Source: Spongospora subterranea f. sp. subterranea
Taxonomy: Eukaryota
Length of the DNA stretch: 45,659 nt
Direction of reading: 5' to 3'
Assembly (NCBI GenBank): GCA_049724395.1
Contig: JAUGWO010000003.1
Coordinates: forward strand, 62,001-107,659
Below, piece by piece: positions 31,866-44,102 of the stretch (position 1 is its first letter; each line of letters starts with the position of its first letter). The translations under genes and the position numbers were made by a program. Below the pieces are notes generated by a model. That model was not told the origin of the DNA. It ran no database searches and was given only the letters and a program-made list of their open reading frames with translations.

Positions 31866-34548
31866 TTATTGTAGACCAATAACGATAACTGTCAAGTGTG
31901 TCATACCAGCTAACGTCCAGCAGATAACTGATATTTTTCTATGTCGAGATGCCTTTGTCAGCACATCTTCTGCTGTAAATGGCTTATCGGTGTCGTATCC
32001 TTCTGTTAAATCTAACCACCACCATTCTTGAAGTGCCTTACACACCAAGCCCATCGATATTTGGCATAGAACACAGCTCAGAACCTGTTATGTTTCATAC
32101 ATTACCGGTACAATCGTACATAAAAATGTCTGTTGATCGTACCTGCAGTAACAATCGGTATTGCAAGCCTCTCAAAAGCCGGCATAGCTCTTGTTCCGTT
32201 TCTACGACGATATCGGACGAATCACATATCGAGCTATCCAACAATACTTTCATTACATCATCAGCTTTACATTCATCGTCCTGACTGTTTTCTCTCCTTC
32301 TATATAACCGTATCTAGGCTCAACATCATGACATTCTCGTATTCTCGATTGCTCACCTTTGATCCTCAACTTGAAATTCGCCTAATCCCAGCGTTGTCCC
32401 TATTTCAAAATAATCCTCCATCTCGTCCATTATATACTGGCAACTTCCCAGCACATCCGAATCTTCTCCGTTACCTCCTGATAATCGATGCAATAACGGA
32501 ATCCAACCTAGCCCTATAACAATAAACGTTGCTCTCTTCGTAATCCACTCACAATCGCTTAACTCGCTTACGAATACCAATCACATGACGGCAATGGTTC
32601 CTTACTTCTCGCCGGATAATATTTTCTTGATCCGTATTGGACCATCTCAACATCAGATCACTGAAGATATAGCACAGGGACACGATGATGATGATAATAT
32701 GCAATCTGGATATAACCCAATAAAATACAATTCTGATTTTCTTGTTCGTTGATAACATGTTTCGCTTACGGACATGAATGATCTAAGGCAACAAGGTGGT
32801 GAAAACGGCAGTACGACTAATAGCAATTCTGACACGTCTATTACCTGCCTCGCATGACGAATATACGAGGCGATTCGCAACGCTATATCGCAATATGAAA
32901 AAACAATGGCCATCTTTCCTATCCACCAGACCACGTCCGTGAATACAGTCGTGTAGTCGGCACTCGTAAACGACGATTGGGTTTGTAGCACTGAAAGCAA
33001 CGTCGATTTATAGGCATCTAATTGGGATGAATTCTCTGGAGATTTATGTCTAGATTTGAGTCTGATATCTACGTAATCCTACAAACAGGCGGAAATAATG
33101 TCAATTTGTTGAAGCACATGATATAGGAGTATTCTGTCGCAGACCTGGATTCTGTTGGGAAGCATAACAGATATAATGCCAGATGGATCAATGCTCTCGC
33201 GAAAGTCTGATCAAGTTCGAAACCATCATCAGAATTTTCATCATCATCATTGTGGGCTTACATGAACCTACTATTAATCGCACCACTAACCGATGGAATT
33301 GAAAATGTCGCCGGTATGTAGCTGGTACCGAGTTCAGAAAATAAGTTGAGGAAATTCGGACGTCGTCCAATGTCGGTTCCGTGGTCAAACTGGGGCTCGA
33401 ACACAGATTGGCATCGGTGAAAAATTTCGTGCTCAGATTGACGATTCGCCTGGGTAATCTCATTACATGCGGTTTCAACTAAATTCAGGTAGGCCACGGC
33501 AGACGATTTGAGCTCGTCCAGTCGCAATCGATTACAGCCTGCAAGCAAATTTCAATATAGCAATAAGAATATTATTCAAATTTTTACTCGATATGCGCTT
33601 ATAGTTTTGAAAATACGTCAGATTTTTTGACGAAACCTCGTCGTCGATAAACTCTGAATACCTTTCAAACAGGTGGCGCGAGGCAGCCGCAGTGACTGAA
33701 GGAGGAGGAAGGGAACCATGACCATGTAGAAAACGGACCTAAATAATGTTTGCGAGCGTTGATTTGTACGGATGGGTATACAAACAGCTACAGCGGAAGA
33801 CAACATACGCTGGTTATGGTGTTGAACACGATGAGAATCACGAGACACACCAGCTTGATTGTGAGTCGCCGCGACGTTGTGACCTCGATGAGCTGACCAT
33901 CTTGCCCCACGCCCACCGTAGCATTCTTCACAACGTCTTTGAACGAATCATGATCATCTGGTCCCCGTATAGGATCCTGTTGACACGTTATATCGCAGTC
34001 AGATGCATGACAAGGCAGTGACCCGATGGGGGACAGGCACTGATATGAGGGCGTGTGGTCATATATGTGACAGGGGAGCACTGCATCCCCTGTAATCCCA
34101 TCGTGTAACAAAACGAGGTATGCATGTTACGATACTATCAGGAACTATCGTAACTGGCCTGCAGCCTTTAGATGGAGTGTGACCAAGTGGTCTGCCTTCG
34201 TAGCGACAACACCCCGGCATATTTGGCTGGGCTGTCGTGATGAATGTGCAGCAACGTTCGCTAGCGTTGGAGAAGAATGGCGTTCAGGGCAATGGCGGCT
34301 TCTCAGTGATGGTATTGTGAGGTAACCACTGCAGTCTACACCAGATCCCCCATCGGCAAGCTGACAGCAGTTACCTGTTCAACAATCTCTATGAGGTCGT
34401 CAAGGACAAAACCCGACTCCTGTTCATCGTCGATATGGTCTGTTTGCGACCAGTCCAATGAAATCTGATCAATATCATCCTCGCTTTCCACTCTCGCATG
34501 AGCTGTGTTATTTCTGCCATTTCCACTGCTCAACGATCTCCTTCTCAT
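31866..34548 (-). CDS. Hypothetical multi-exon protein, no recognised domain
   Basis: Series of minus-strand protein-like frames (34336-34548, 33258-33548, 32653-33000, 32353-32580, 31866-32054) separated by short GT-AG segments. Boundaries are approximate. Confidence 0.55.
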
Positions 34549-34662
34549 TATGATTTCCAGTAATTACCTGTAGTTCCTGACTATTTACCAAAAACATCAT
34601 CGTCTGTCAAACCCATCAACGTTCAATAAACACTGACAAGAAAAATACACAAGTATTATTTT

Positions 34663-36829
34663 TTATTCTATCTGTCTGGATCCGGCACCATCCCAGATGC
34701 CTTGGGTCGCCGCCTGGCTGGTCGAGGTGGAAGGTCCATATTGCGGTGAGTCATTGGATCAGTAATTTGAACCGGTGTAGAATCCACCATGGGCGATGTT
34801 GTGTATTTTCCAGGGGGAGTCGCTACCACTTTCGCAGGTACCGGCCCTGTGGATGTCGATTCTTCAAGTCCCTGATTATCAATGTTTAAAATTGAAAAAA
34901 TCCCGAACGACCACTTGTTCTTGTACCTTATCGTTTGATTTGAATTCTCTGGGTTTACTTTTCAAGGCTAACGCTTTCGGCTGTTGCGGCGCCATAAACA
35001 TCCCTGGATTTAAATTCAATCTTGCTTGGAGGGCCGCGATTTTACTGCTAGCTTTGACCGTGGTGTTTGGTGTTCCGGCTCCAAGATTCTACAACACAAG
35101 ATCCAAAGAAATGACTTAACTAAAACTGCCTATTTGTCGGCATCTTACAGAACCAGCAGAGTCGATTTCAGCGATAGGTTGCATTGGGATATCTTCATTA
35201 AGAAATTTCACAACTGGATCAGATGTTGAAGAAGTCTGAAAACGAAACAACTGTAAATGATGTCCAAGTCCCATGACAAGAAATCAGAATAAAACAATGA
35301 GGTAAACTTGTTCAAAAATTTGAGATGTGGTTACGTGGGCATTAGTTTCGTTCACTGCAAACTTATGAAACTTGACGGAAACTTTTCGAAAGGTTTTTCA
35401 ATTCATAATTGGACATATACATACATCCTCAATCTGAGACATATTTGCGATAACAATAGACGCATTGCTCTTATGTCCAGCGTGGGCGATGATGACGGAT
35501 CGGTTTGCTTCGAGAGTTTCTTCAGACTCCTGGAGGAAACTTAAGAACTCTAGCATAGCCCGCATTCCTTCTGGCGAAATGTTTCTCATATCTTCGCGAA
35601 TTACATGTGGGAAGCGATCCTGTTCATCAATTAGAAAGACTGCATCAAAGAGGCGGATAAAAGCGCAAGCGTTCTACCATGGCAGAATTGTAGCGCCTCT
35701 GGACCATGATAATCTGATCTGTAGGTACATTACCAACAACTGTCCTTTTATGAATACGGTCAGAGAATTCTTGATAGTCAATTTCGTCGGAAACCTGTTG
35801 TACGGCTGAGTTAGATTGAAAAAAAAAATAGAGGAGACTCACCGCTTTGAGCGCTTCAACAAGCGGGTCCGACTTGAACAAATGCATTGAGCACCGATCT
35901 AGCCAAACATCGTAGTTAGAAGTCCCAGATCAAATTTGAAAGATCTCCTTGATTACAAAGCTCCTTCGATGCGTTAAGGAAGTTTAGCTCCAGAGCCCGA
36001 TCTGCGTGATCTTGGGCAATCTGAGCTGCTGCCTTGAACTCAAAATGGAGGCACATGTGCCATTTGTCCTCGAGAGATGCCGTTCGGATGGCGTCGCGGA
36101 TCGGCCCAATCAGCAAAGAGCACGAAAGGAATTCATCCAGAGATATAACGATTACCTGTTCCACCATGAAGAATAAGCAATCGTAGAACTACATTACATC
36201 AACTGCTAAATACTGATTCGTCTGGAATGGGTCCTTCTATCCTGTGAATAGTTTGCTCGCGTCTCTTTTCTAGTAGTTTCAGCCTAGCTTTGCACATGGC
36301 ATATTCCGTATCCTAAAACGTCAGACGGTTAGATATAGGCTATGAAAGAATCGCAATTGTCGTACAGCGATGTTAACATTGCTGACGACCTCATGTATAA
36401 AGATTGCGATATGGCATAATGCGATCGCCTGGACATTACAACGATTCACAATCGGGACTAACAAACGATTGAACAAATGCACCTCTAAAATCAGATTCAT
36501 GTTTTCCACAACTGCAGCATCCTCACTTATGCGTCTAGCCAGGGACCTTTGAAATTTGCACAAGATATGCCAGCGATATTTGCTTTTCGACTTGGCGAGT
36601 TTTGCAACTAACTGGGTATTGAAAAACGGCATTGCCTATCAGGAACAGCAATCGTTGGTATCCAAATACATCCTTGCCGCGGTGACAGTACCAAGAACTG
36701 ACTCCATTCTTTCTGCAGAGATCCCTTGTCCAGCAAACATATCGGGGTGACTAACTTATCCGGCTTGGTGATGGTCGTGAAGTCGTCATCTGGCGACGAT
36801 GACGACCCCGCCCCTTGGCTGTTTCCCAT
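34663..36829 (-). CDS. Hypothetical multi-exon protein with possible N-myristoylation start (MGNSQG)
   Basis: ATG at 36829 followed by a GT donor. Helical protein-like exon frames at 36321-36632, 35916-36167, 35645-35887 and 35398-35589. The 3' end is tentative. Confidence 0.55.
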
Positions 36830-37237
36830 GCAAAACAGTACAGGAATCTGGCGCCGATTGATAACCTATCTGTGTACAGGTTCCTCATACTAGCGTGTGC
36901 AGTCAGTCATCAAAGTACTTTCGCTGAGTATCCATTCACCCCTACAACCTGGAGGTCCATCACGTTCGGCGCTCTGGCAGATATCGTGAAACTGCCCAGT
37001 GGCGTCAAATAATAGGGGACGCGGCTCATCATGACTACGCAATTATCGATGTCAATGGGACATCAACGTGATCGCGTAGAGTGGCAATCACGGTCACATG
37101 TCTGAAACGTGATCTGCCAGTCTGAATTGCGCACGATGGCAACATGGCTGAGCGTGTTGGGTCGCAGGCCCGTCCCTGACTGTCGCAGACATCTGTCCGT
37201 ACCGTGGCGCGCGAACTGTTCTGAGAAGTTTGTTGCA

Positions 37238-37416
37238 GTTCCGCTTGCGTGAGATCGTGAATAAACGAGATGCTAGAAGTTGAGTATCTTCCAACCGAAG
37301 AGATGATCGCCGATAGTGAATTATCATCACCGTTTTTGCATCTACTCAACTTCTAGCATCTCGCGTATTCGAAGACCCTTAGTCGATGGCCAACCACGAT
37401 CTCACGCAATCGGAAC
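37238..37416. mobile_element. Ty1/Copia RNase H C-terminal remnant arranged as a fold-back
   Basis: The + strand reads FRLREIVNK/LEVEYLPTEEMIAD (Copia-type hf.Re.v…i.v.yv.T.em.AD). 37266-37286 is the exact reverse complement of 37343-37363, and 37238-37259 matches 37395-37416 at 21/22. Confidence 0.7.
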
Positions 37417-37936
37417 CGTCTTTTGTTCACGGGCTGAATTCCCCAATTCGCAATTCTGTTACGTCAGTTCGTTCAAGTCGCTACGTTGACCTTTGAATGT
37501 GGTTTCGCCGGGTATCACACAGTTTGTTATTCTAGATGACGTTGCCTTGACCCATCATTTTGAGATCTCGTCCAAATCTTTTACTTCTTCACCCTATGAA
37601 AATGGTCGCTGGCGTTACCTTCGGCAAATGTGGTTTTCTGTGATTTTCCCTTCCCTGTCTGAAAAGTAGTTTAAGCCCCTAGTTATCAGCGTGAAACACA
37701 ATAAATCAGCACAACGTTTTTTCAGGACAACTCTTGGCAAATGGTAAAAACGCCGTCCAACGGCCGGAAAACCTCCTGTAATAACGACGTGACGGATATT
37801 CGTTTTGCGAATTGCAAAAACTAAGCGTCGTCGTCGGCATCCAGATCGCGTTCGCGAAAGGATATTTTCCAACCTGAGTACGATCAGGATGAATCTATTC
37901 GTCCCCCCAACAGAAACAACATCACACAAATAACAT

Positions 37937-40715
37937 ATGAATGGCCTGGACCATTTGCAAGCCGAATATCAAGCGTTGCGCTCATTTGTGTCCCACGTCC
38001 GCCAACGCAACGCCAAAGATGACGATTTCTTTGATTGCGTTCGAACGACTGCTGTTCAACCCAATGGTTCCAACACAATTTGTTTTCATGTCCTGGGTCT
38101 GCTTACCAAAATAGTGCCCGATCGTGTTGTTCAGGATCTAGAAGACCGAACATAGAGGATGGTACGGTTCCGGCTGCCGAAACAACGTTCGTCTCATTCG
38201 ATCCAAACATGGTGGTGCCGATGCCTGTGCACACCCAGACACATTTGATCGATCGGGACTTGGACGACGAAACCGGTCGCGATTTCGATAACGACGACGA
38301 GGCTGGCGTTCAACGATGGCTGAAGGAATATCAAAGAAAGAAGTACGTTTATCTCGTCGATTGGTTTGGCAATTTATCAGTACGATGCTGATTACTGTTC
38401 GCTGGATGACCTAAAGGGTCTATGTTCGACCGGTGGTGATATATCCCAGCGCTGTCATTCGCGCTTTGCACGAAATTTACAACGACGCCGGCGATGATGC
38501 CGTCTTCAAATTCATTCAATTTCGGGCCGCCAATCTCACAGTAATCATCATCATCATCATCATGGCCACTGGTTTTTTTGACGATCCGCACCTCATAATC
38601 GGCACCTCTTTCCCAGATCGGGAATACCGAGAGCCCATGGGAGCAGCAGCGTAAGAATGTGGCGGAATGGACCCGGCGAGCGCACATGCTTTACCGCGTA
38701 ATCGCGGCCCCGAGTGCCGACGGGATGGCGCTGTCGTCAGCGCAACGCGACCTGAAAGTCGTACACGCCCTGATGACTCAGCAAGGGTCCGCAATGCAAA
38801 ACACCGAATGATGCAACATTTTCGAATGTTTTCTGATGACGAATCAGGTTTACTCAGACAGGAGGAGATCTTTGGCATTGTCTGTGGGCTGATAAAGGGG
38901 TGCGGTTGACGCTCAAACAATACCGGTACGCCGACCACAGAGAACCCCATTGCGACCGGACCCGTTGCGACAGCCTATTGACTAGCTATTGACCAGGGTG
39001 ATGAGCGATAATCAACGAGTGAACCGGTTCCCAGGTGGCCATTGGCTAACATCAAAGCCGGCCTGGGCCAGATTCTCCATGGAGTTGCACCGAATTTATG
39101 GGATCAGGTAATATATCAAGGTTGTTGTGTTTTTTGCGTGTTCCATGTGGCGTTCATGATCCAACAGGGTTCCGGTTGCGTTCTGCATTCCAGATCAGGT
39201 GGACGAGCTCAATACATATCGCGCCGCCAACCGACACCAATACATGCTGGTCCAAACGTTTTCCGACGACCGCCAACTCCATGTAGGAATATGACACTGG
39301 GGGGTTAAAGAGATTGTCAACATTCTCGCAGGCAATTAGTCGCCATGCCGTCCAGCCGGGAGAATCCCTTCCGATAGTCAACAAACGCCATAATGCGATC
39401 GCCAGACAATACATCGACAAAACACTAATGGTGATGAAGCGCCAGGTATTTTCGCACTTCCAACCAGGGTCGGTTGGATTTCTGGTTTGATCACCATTTC
39501 GGCTGTTTCAGGCTGAAATCCTGCTGATGGTGTCGATCACGTGTTTTGACCCATTACGCTGCTATATTTTCCAGGAAGGGATTGTCTACCTGTATGAACC
39601 AGAACATTGGATGAAAACCGAGGTGTTTCATGGGTTCGCTCGGCAATCAACCCAGCCAACCAAGGTCAACGATGCTCTACGTCAGGGGATCATCGTTTGA
39701 CTCCACATCCGATACCAGGTCTGGGGTGAGGACGAAGACGACGACGTGAACCCGGTCGAGGACCCGGATGGGCGCATCCACCGATCATGGTCGTGGCTAA
39801 AGTCGCATATTCGCGCTAGGGGATACAATACCGATCAGCTCGAGCGCCATGTGCGCGACATCATCTTGACCACCGTCTTCACGTATCGATTGCGCTCGGT
39901 GTCCAGTGAATTAACCAACGTCCCAATGCCGTGTTTGACAACAGGGTTCAACCTCGGGTCATCAACCTGATGCGCAAAAATTCCCATTCGCGGTCGTCCT
40001 CGTACGAATTGTTCCAGTTCCGGTTTCTTCTGGACCGCCAGACCAGGTAAATTGAGCAGTCGTCGTCAATAACTGACCTGGGGGACGCCATCATGCTGAC
40101 CGCATCGCGGTGATGCAGGCCCTGGCTAATTTCAGTGGATTCACCGGATTTGCAATGCATCTCCCCGATTCAGGTGGACGTCATATCTGGCGCCATCGCA
40201 GATACTCTGAACATGATCAACATTAAAGTTCAAGGGCCAGTCCAACCGAAACAGTAGCTCCATTCTCACAAAAAAGCACAACGTCGACAACGCAAATCAA
40301 TAGTAAATCGGTGTTCGGTCTCGTAGGCGTCGTATCCGCCGTCCGCTGCCAAAGTGTCTCCGATCGAGTATTCGCCCACGCCGCCCACCGCCCCCGGTTC
40401 AGCACGTTGTCAACATGGCGACACCCAGCGATATGTTCTCGACGGACACGATCATAACGGATCCGCTCCAGCAGGAAACAGCCGCTGCCGTATTACAAGA
40501 ATGTGAGGGAACCGTTCGACAAGGGTTTCGCCATGGATCTGACGAATTCCGATACAACAGGTCGCGTTGAGTACGAGCGACGGGGGCGATTCGCTCGATT
40601 ATTCCCATGCCAGAACTACGCTGATTACGCTGATATGATGGCGGATGCGAACAACGCATTGTACTTGACAGTTTTACGAAAACTCTACCAAAATACACAA
40701 CCCAACAATACGTAA
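37937..40715 (+). CDS. Tubulin-tyrosine-ligase-like (TTLL) fold protein, divergent, multi-exon
   Basis: RQYIDKTL…|AEILLMVSITCFDPLRCYIFQEGIV, SSYELFQFRFLLDRQTR|PWLISVDSPDL, IADTLNMI and C-terminal EYERRGRFARLFP are colinear with TTLL4/5-type motifs. Start uncertain. Confidence 0.75.
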
Positions 40716-40831
40716 AGAGACACGATTTCCTCAACAACTGTGTACTACGAAATCGAATGCTGTATTGGAATGGAGTTTTTTGGTCACAATCGTAATATGA
40801 TCGGCCCCTAACACTGATTGATTGATGCGCT

Positions 40832-41929
40832 TCACTCTCCGACAACAGCTTCAGACTCTAAAGGCTTCTCATTGGACTTTTCAGTGACCACGTTGTCAGA
40901 CATCGTGTTGGCGTTGTCATTTTCGCTATTACGTGCGGGGGACGCCGAGCGTGAACGCGAACGGGACCGTGATGAGCGGCGACGGGGTGAAGCTATATAG
41001 TTTTCGTTGAGTCGATAAAACCCAAATTGAACGTCAATGCTTAGCAACTAACCAGACCGGCTGACAGCTCGACGAGGCGAGGCACTACGCGAAGAGTGCT
41101 TGTAATCCGATGGGCAGTTACGTTCAAGATGTCCATCCTTGCCACAGCGGTAGCACCGGTTGCTGTAAAACATTTTTTGAGGTCGACGTGAACACAAAAC
41201 AGATAAGCAACCAGGTGAAACCAGAAATGTTAAAACGACAAAAAAAGCACAGAACTGAGCAAATTTGAACAAGATTGCATACAAAAGCGGAGAGGGGTCG
41301 CTCGCCGCTGCAGATCAAAATTCCGAATATCGTATTACCTCCAATCTCCGGCAGAGCAGTCTCGGGCCCTAAGAACAACAACACAAGGAGAATCAGGATA
41401 CAGCGAGGCGATGTGCAAAACGGTTTGCGATTGGCGGATTACCAGTGACCCTCTTTACCACAGTTGTAGCATTTGCCACTGCCTGGAGCTGGACGCTCAT
41501 CGCGACCACCACGACCGCTTCCACGTTCATCGCGATAGCTGTCGCGCCCTGTACAGCCATGTTAGTTTGAAGTGAAAACATATTATTGGTAGTGAATCTG
41601 TAGAAAATGTGGTGGCAAATCGGACGTGCTGTTGAACTGACCATTGCCTCCACGAGGATGGCGAGCCCGTTCCACAACCAATCGGACACCGTCCATGCGG
41701 TAGCCATCTAGCTCATAAACAGCGTCTTCGGCATCACGAGAATCCTCGAATTCTACAAACCTGGAGAAACCGTTAATATCGAAAAAGGGGGGGGGAACAT
41801 GTCGATTTACCCATAGTCGTGTTTCAGGTCGATATCAACGACCCGGCCGTACTTTGAAAACAAATATTCGATATCGGATGTGCGCGAGCGTCGCGATATA
41901 TTGCCGACGTAGAGGCGGGCCCGAGACAT
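40832..41929 (-). CDS. SR splicing factor with RRM, two CCHC zinc knuckles and RS tail (RS2Z-like)
   Basis: [11 protein letters not shown]…[36 protein letters not shown], then [14 protein letters not shown]…[20 protein letters not shown], then an RSRSRSRS tail. Short GT-AG introns. Confidence 0.93.
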
Positions 41930-42439
41930 CTTTTTCCGACGATGTGGACGAGTGGCCGGTAACAGGTAGACGACGACAGAATAGGCGAGTGCCCGATCGC
42001 TATTAACCGGCTGAATTGGTGTCCGTGACGGACCTTGCCCGATCGACAGTCGGGCTGGAGTACACTAGGAGGCCGAGTCGACACACCCGTTCCGGTTCTC
42101 GACATAAAACACCGTAACAGGGCCGGCCCGGCCACGACAATGACTGGCTGCAAGCAACGCTGCGCCACCCATTTGGCCATGCCATCGGACTGACAGATAG
42201 GCAGATACACGTCAGCCGCTAGGGTTCCCGAATTTCGCTGTGTAGCTTCAGCTGCGAATGTGGCGATATCTGTGTGATTGATTGTTTGATATCAATAGGA
42301 TTGACATCGTGCAAATGGACGGAATGTGATCGTTTTTTTTTTGTGAAAAACGGGTTTCGACGTTTGCATGTGTTGACGCACGTTGTGACGTTCGTATACG
42401 TTGGAGAACCAAATTCTTGAGTTTGACAATGAGCAAGGT

Positions 42440-43169
42440 TTAGTTAGACATAATGGGTTTCCGGTGATATTCTAATCGATCAACGGGGATGTCGAACGTC
42501 TCGACTGGAACCTCTGTCACAATTTGCTGCGATAACGCCAGACCCACGACCAACGGCAGCGGCCGCCCATTGCTCGTATGCGCCACCCTCAACGCCGCTA
42601 GCCATTTATCGTAGTATCCTTTACCGTATCCTGGCAAATTCATGAATATATCGTTCATAAAGATCACCAATACTCCCATTACCCAATCTCCGGTTGTTGC
42701 CATCGAACGCCAATCCTGGAACGAAGATCAGATCAAGATCACAGGTGGCAAGCGCATCATCTCGATGACATCCTTCAGATGGCTCAGGAATACCCCAACT
42801 ACAGATTGGCGACGAGATCAGGTCGTTCACTGAATGCACCTCTAACATGGCCATGTTCTCAAGGCCATACGCCTTTGGTACATAAACCTTCTTGCCTTCA
42901 TCGAAAGCCTGATAGAATAACGGCAAAGTCTGCCGACCGTAGTATCAGCGAACTGCATTGAAAACGGCCCAAAACTCAGGCAGTATCAATGGCACCTGAA
43001 ATTCATAGGGAGTCGACATGAACAACGATATGGACTTGGCGTGTTGCCAGTAGCGTGAGGACATGATTGAGGTCGACAAGGCGGTACTCTGCATCTGGCG
43101 CTCGGCAGATGACATGGAGCGCAGCGTTGACTTGATCTGAGTTCGCATCACCGACTTGGCCGACTCCAT
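42440..43169 (-). CDS. MTHFS: 5-formyltetrahydrofolate cyclo-ligase
   Basis: AKSVMRTQIK…KKVYVP…WGIPEP…LDLIFVPGLAFDGNNRRLG|YGKGYYDKW…VGLALSQQ…VPVETFDIPVD, with two short introns. Confidence 0.95.
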
Positions 43170-43422
43170 GATGGCGTCTCTCAGACCAAAGCCCGGCAGA
43201 AACCAGCCCAGCCTGACCTCAACCCCCCGCGGCAGTTGCCACAGGTTTGTGATAATCACCGGGGGCCATCTAACGATGCCGCCGCCAGGCGAAATCCGAT
43301 ACTAGTTGTAGAATATAGACTTGAACGCATTTGCGAAATGAACGTGCCGTTTCGGGAGAATAATATTAAAAAAAGTGTATTTTAGATATAAACGAGCAGT
43401 TGTAAACACTCTGTGTGCTTCC

Positions 43423-43991
43423 TCATATTACGATTGTGGAAGGCTTTTGCATACTGTTCCGCTTAGAGCTTAATATTTGGCTGGCAGCCTATAGAGGGAA
43501 GCCATCTCAGCATTTTGCATACAAAGCTAAGGTCTTGGTGCAAATACGAATACCTTGGCGTTGACGGTAGTGATTTGACTGCACTTAGACCTAATTTCGG
43601 CAATGCTCTGTTTCAAATCGTCGTCTTGTTCGCGGTCTTTACTGATCTGAAGAAACATATCCCCCTTTTCTGAGATCAGCGAAGACAACTGATCCAGTTG
43701 TTTTAATAGACGAGGACGCCATTCGGACGACGGCGCCGGTAAAGAGAACGCAGACGACAGCTCCAGGAAAGCCTGCTCGAAGCTAGTCTCTACCGATCGC
43801 AGCAATCGCCGATACTGCCGCTGATCAACGTCCTCATCGTGATCCATCAACCCGGCGCTACGCAATTCCAGGGATATTAGCCGTACTGTACATCGCCACT
43901 GTTTCATACCCACGAGCGTTGCACTTTCTATATGTACATACACACCAGTGACTGTACTTGTAGGGCCCTGGTTGGGTCGACTCAAAAACAA
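43423..43991 (-). CDS. Hypothetical small coiled-coil protein
   Basis: Helical frame (RLLKQLDQLSSLISEK…DDLKQSIAEIRSK) splicing to a short last exon that ends TGA at 43423. Start uncertain. Confidence 0.5.
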
Positions 43992-44102
43992 GAGCTGTTA
44001 CATGTCCGATTTCAGTAACATTGACCAGTTACGTTTCAGTCTTCGTAAGTTGAGATGTTAACAGGTTCCCCCCAAGAACGCAAATATGGCGTGTTGGAGA
44101 TT

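Noticed and set aside
12503..37416. Inverted duplications as whole-genome-amplification chimeras
   Set aside because: Chimeric arms should be essentially identical, whereas these differ by many substitutions and multi-base indels to varying degrees. Not formally excluded without reads.
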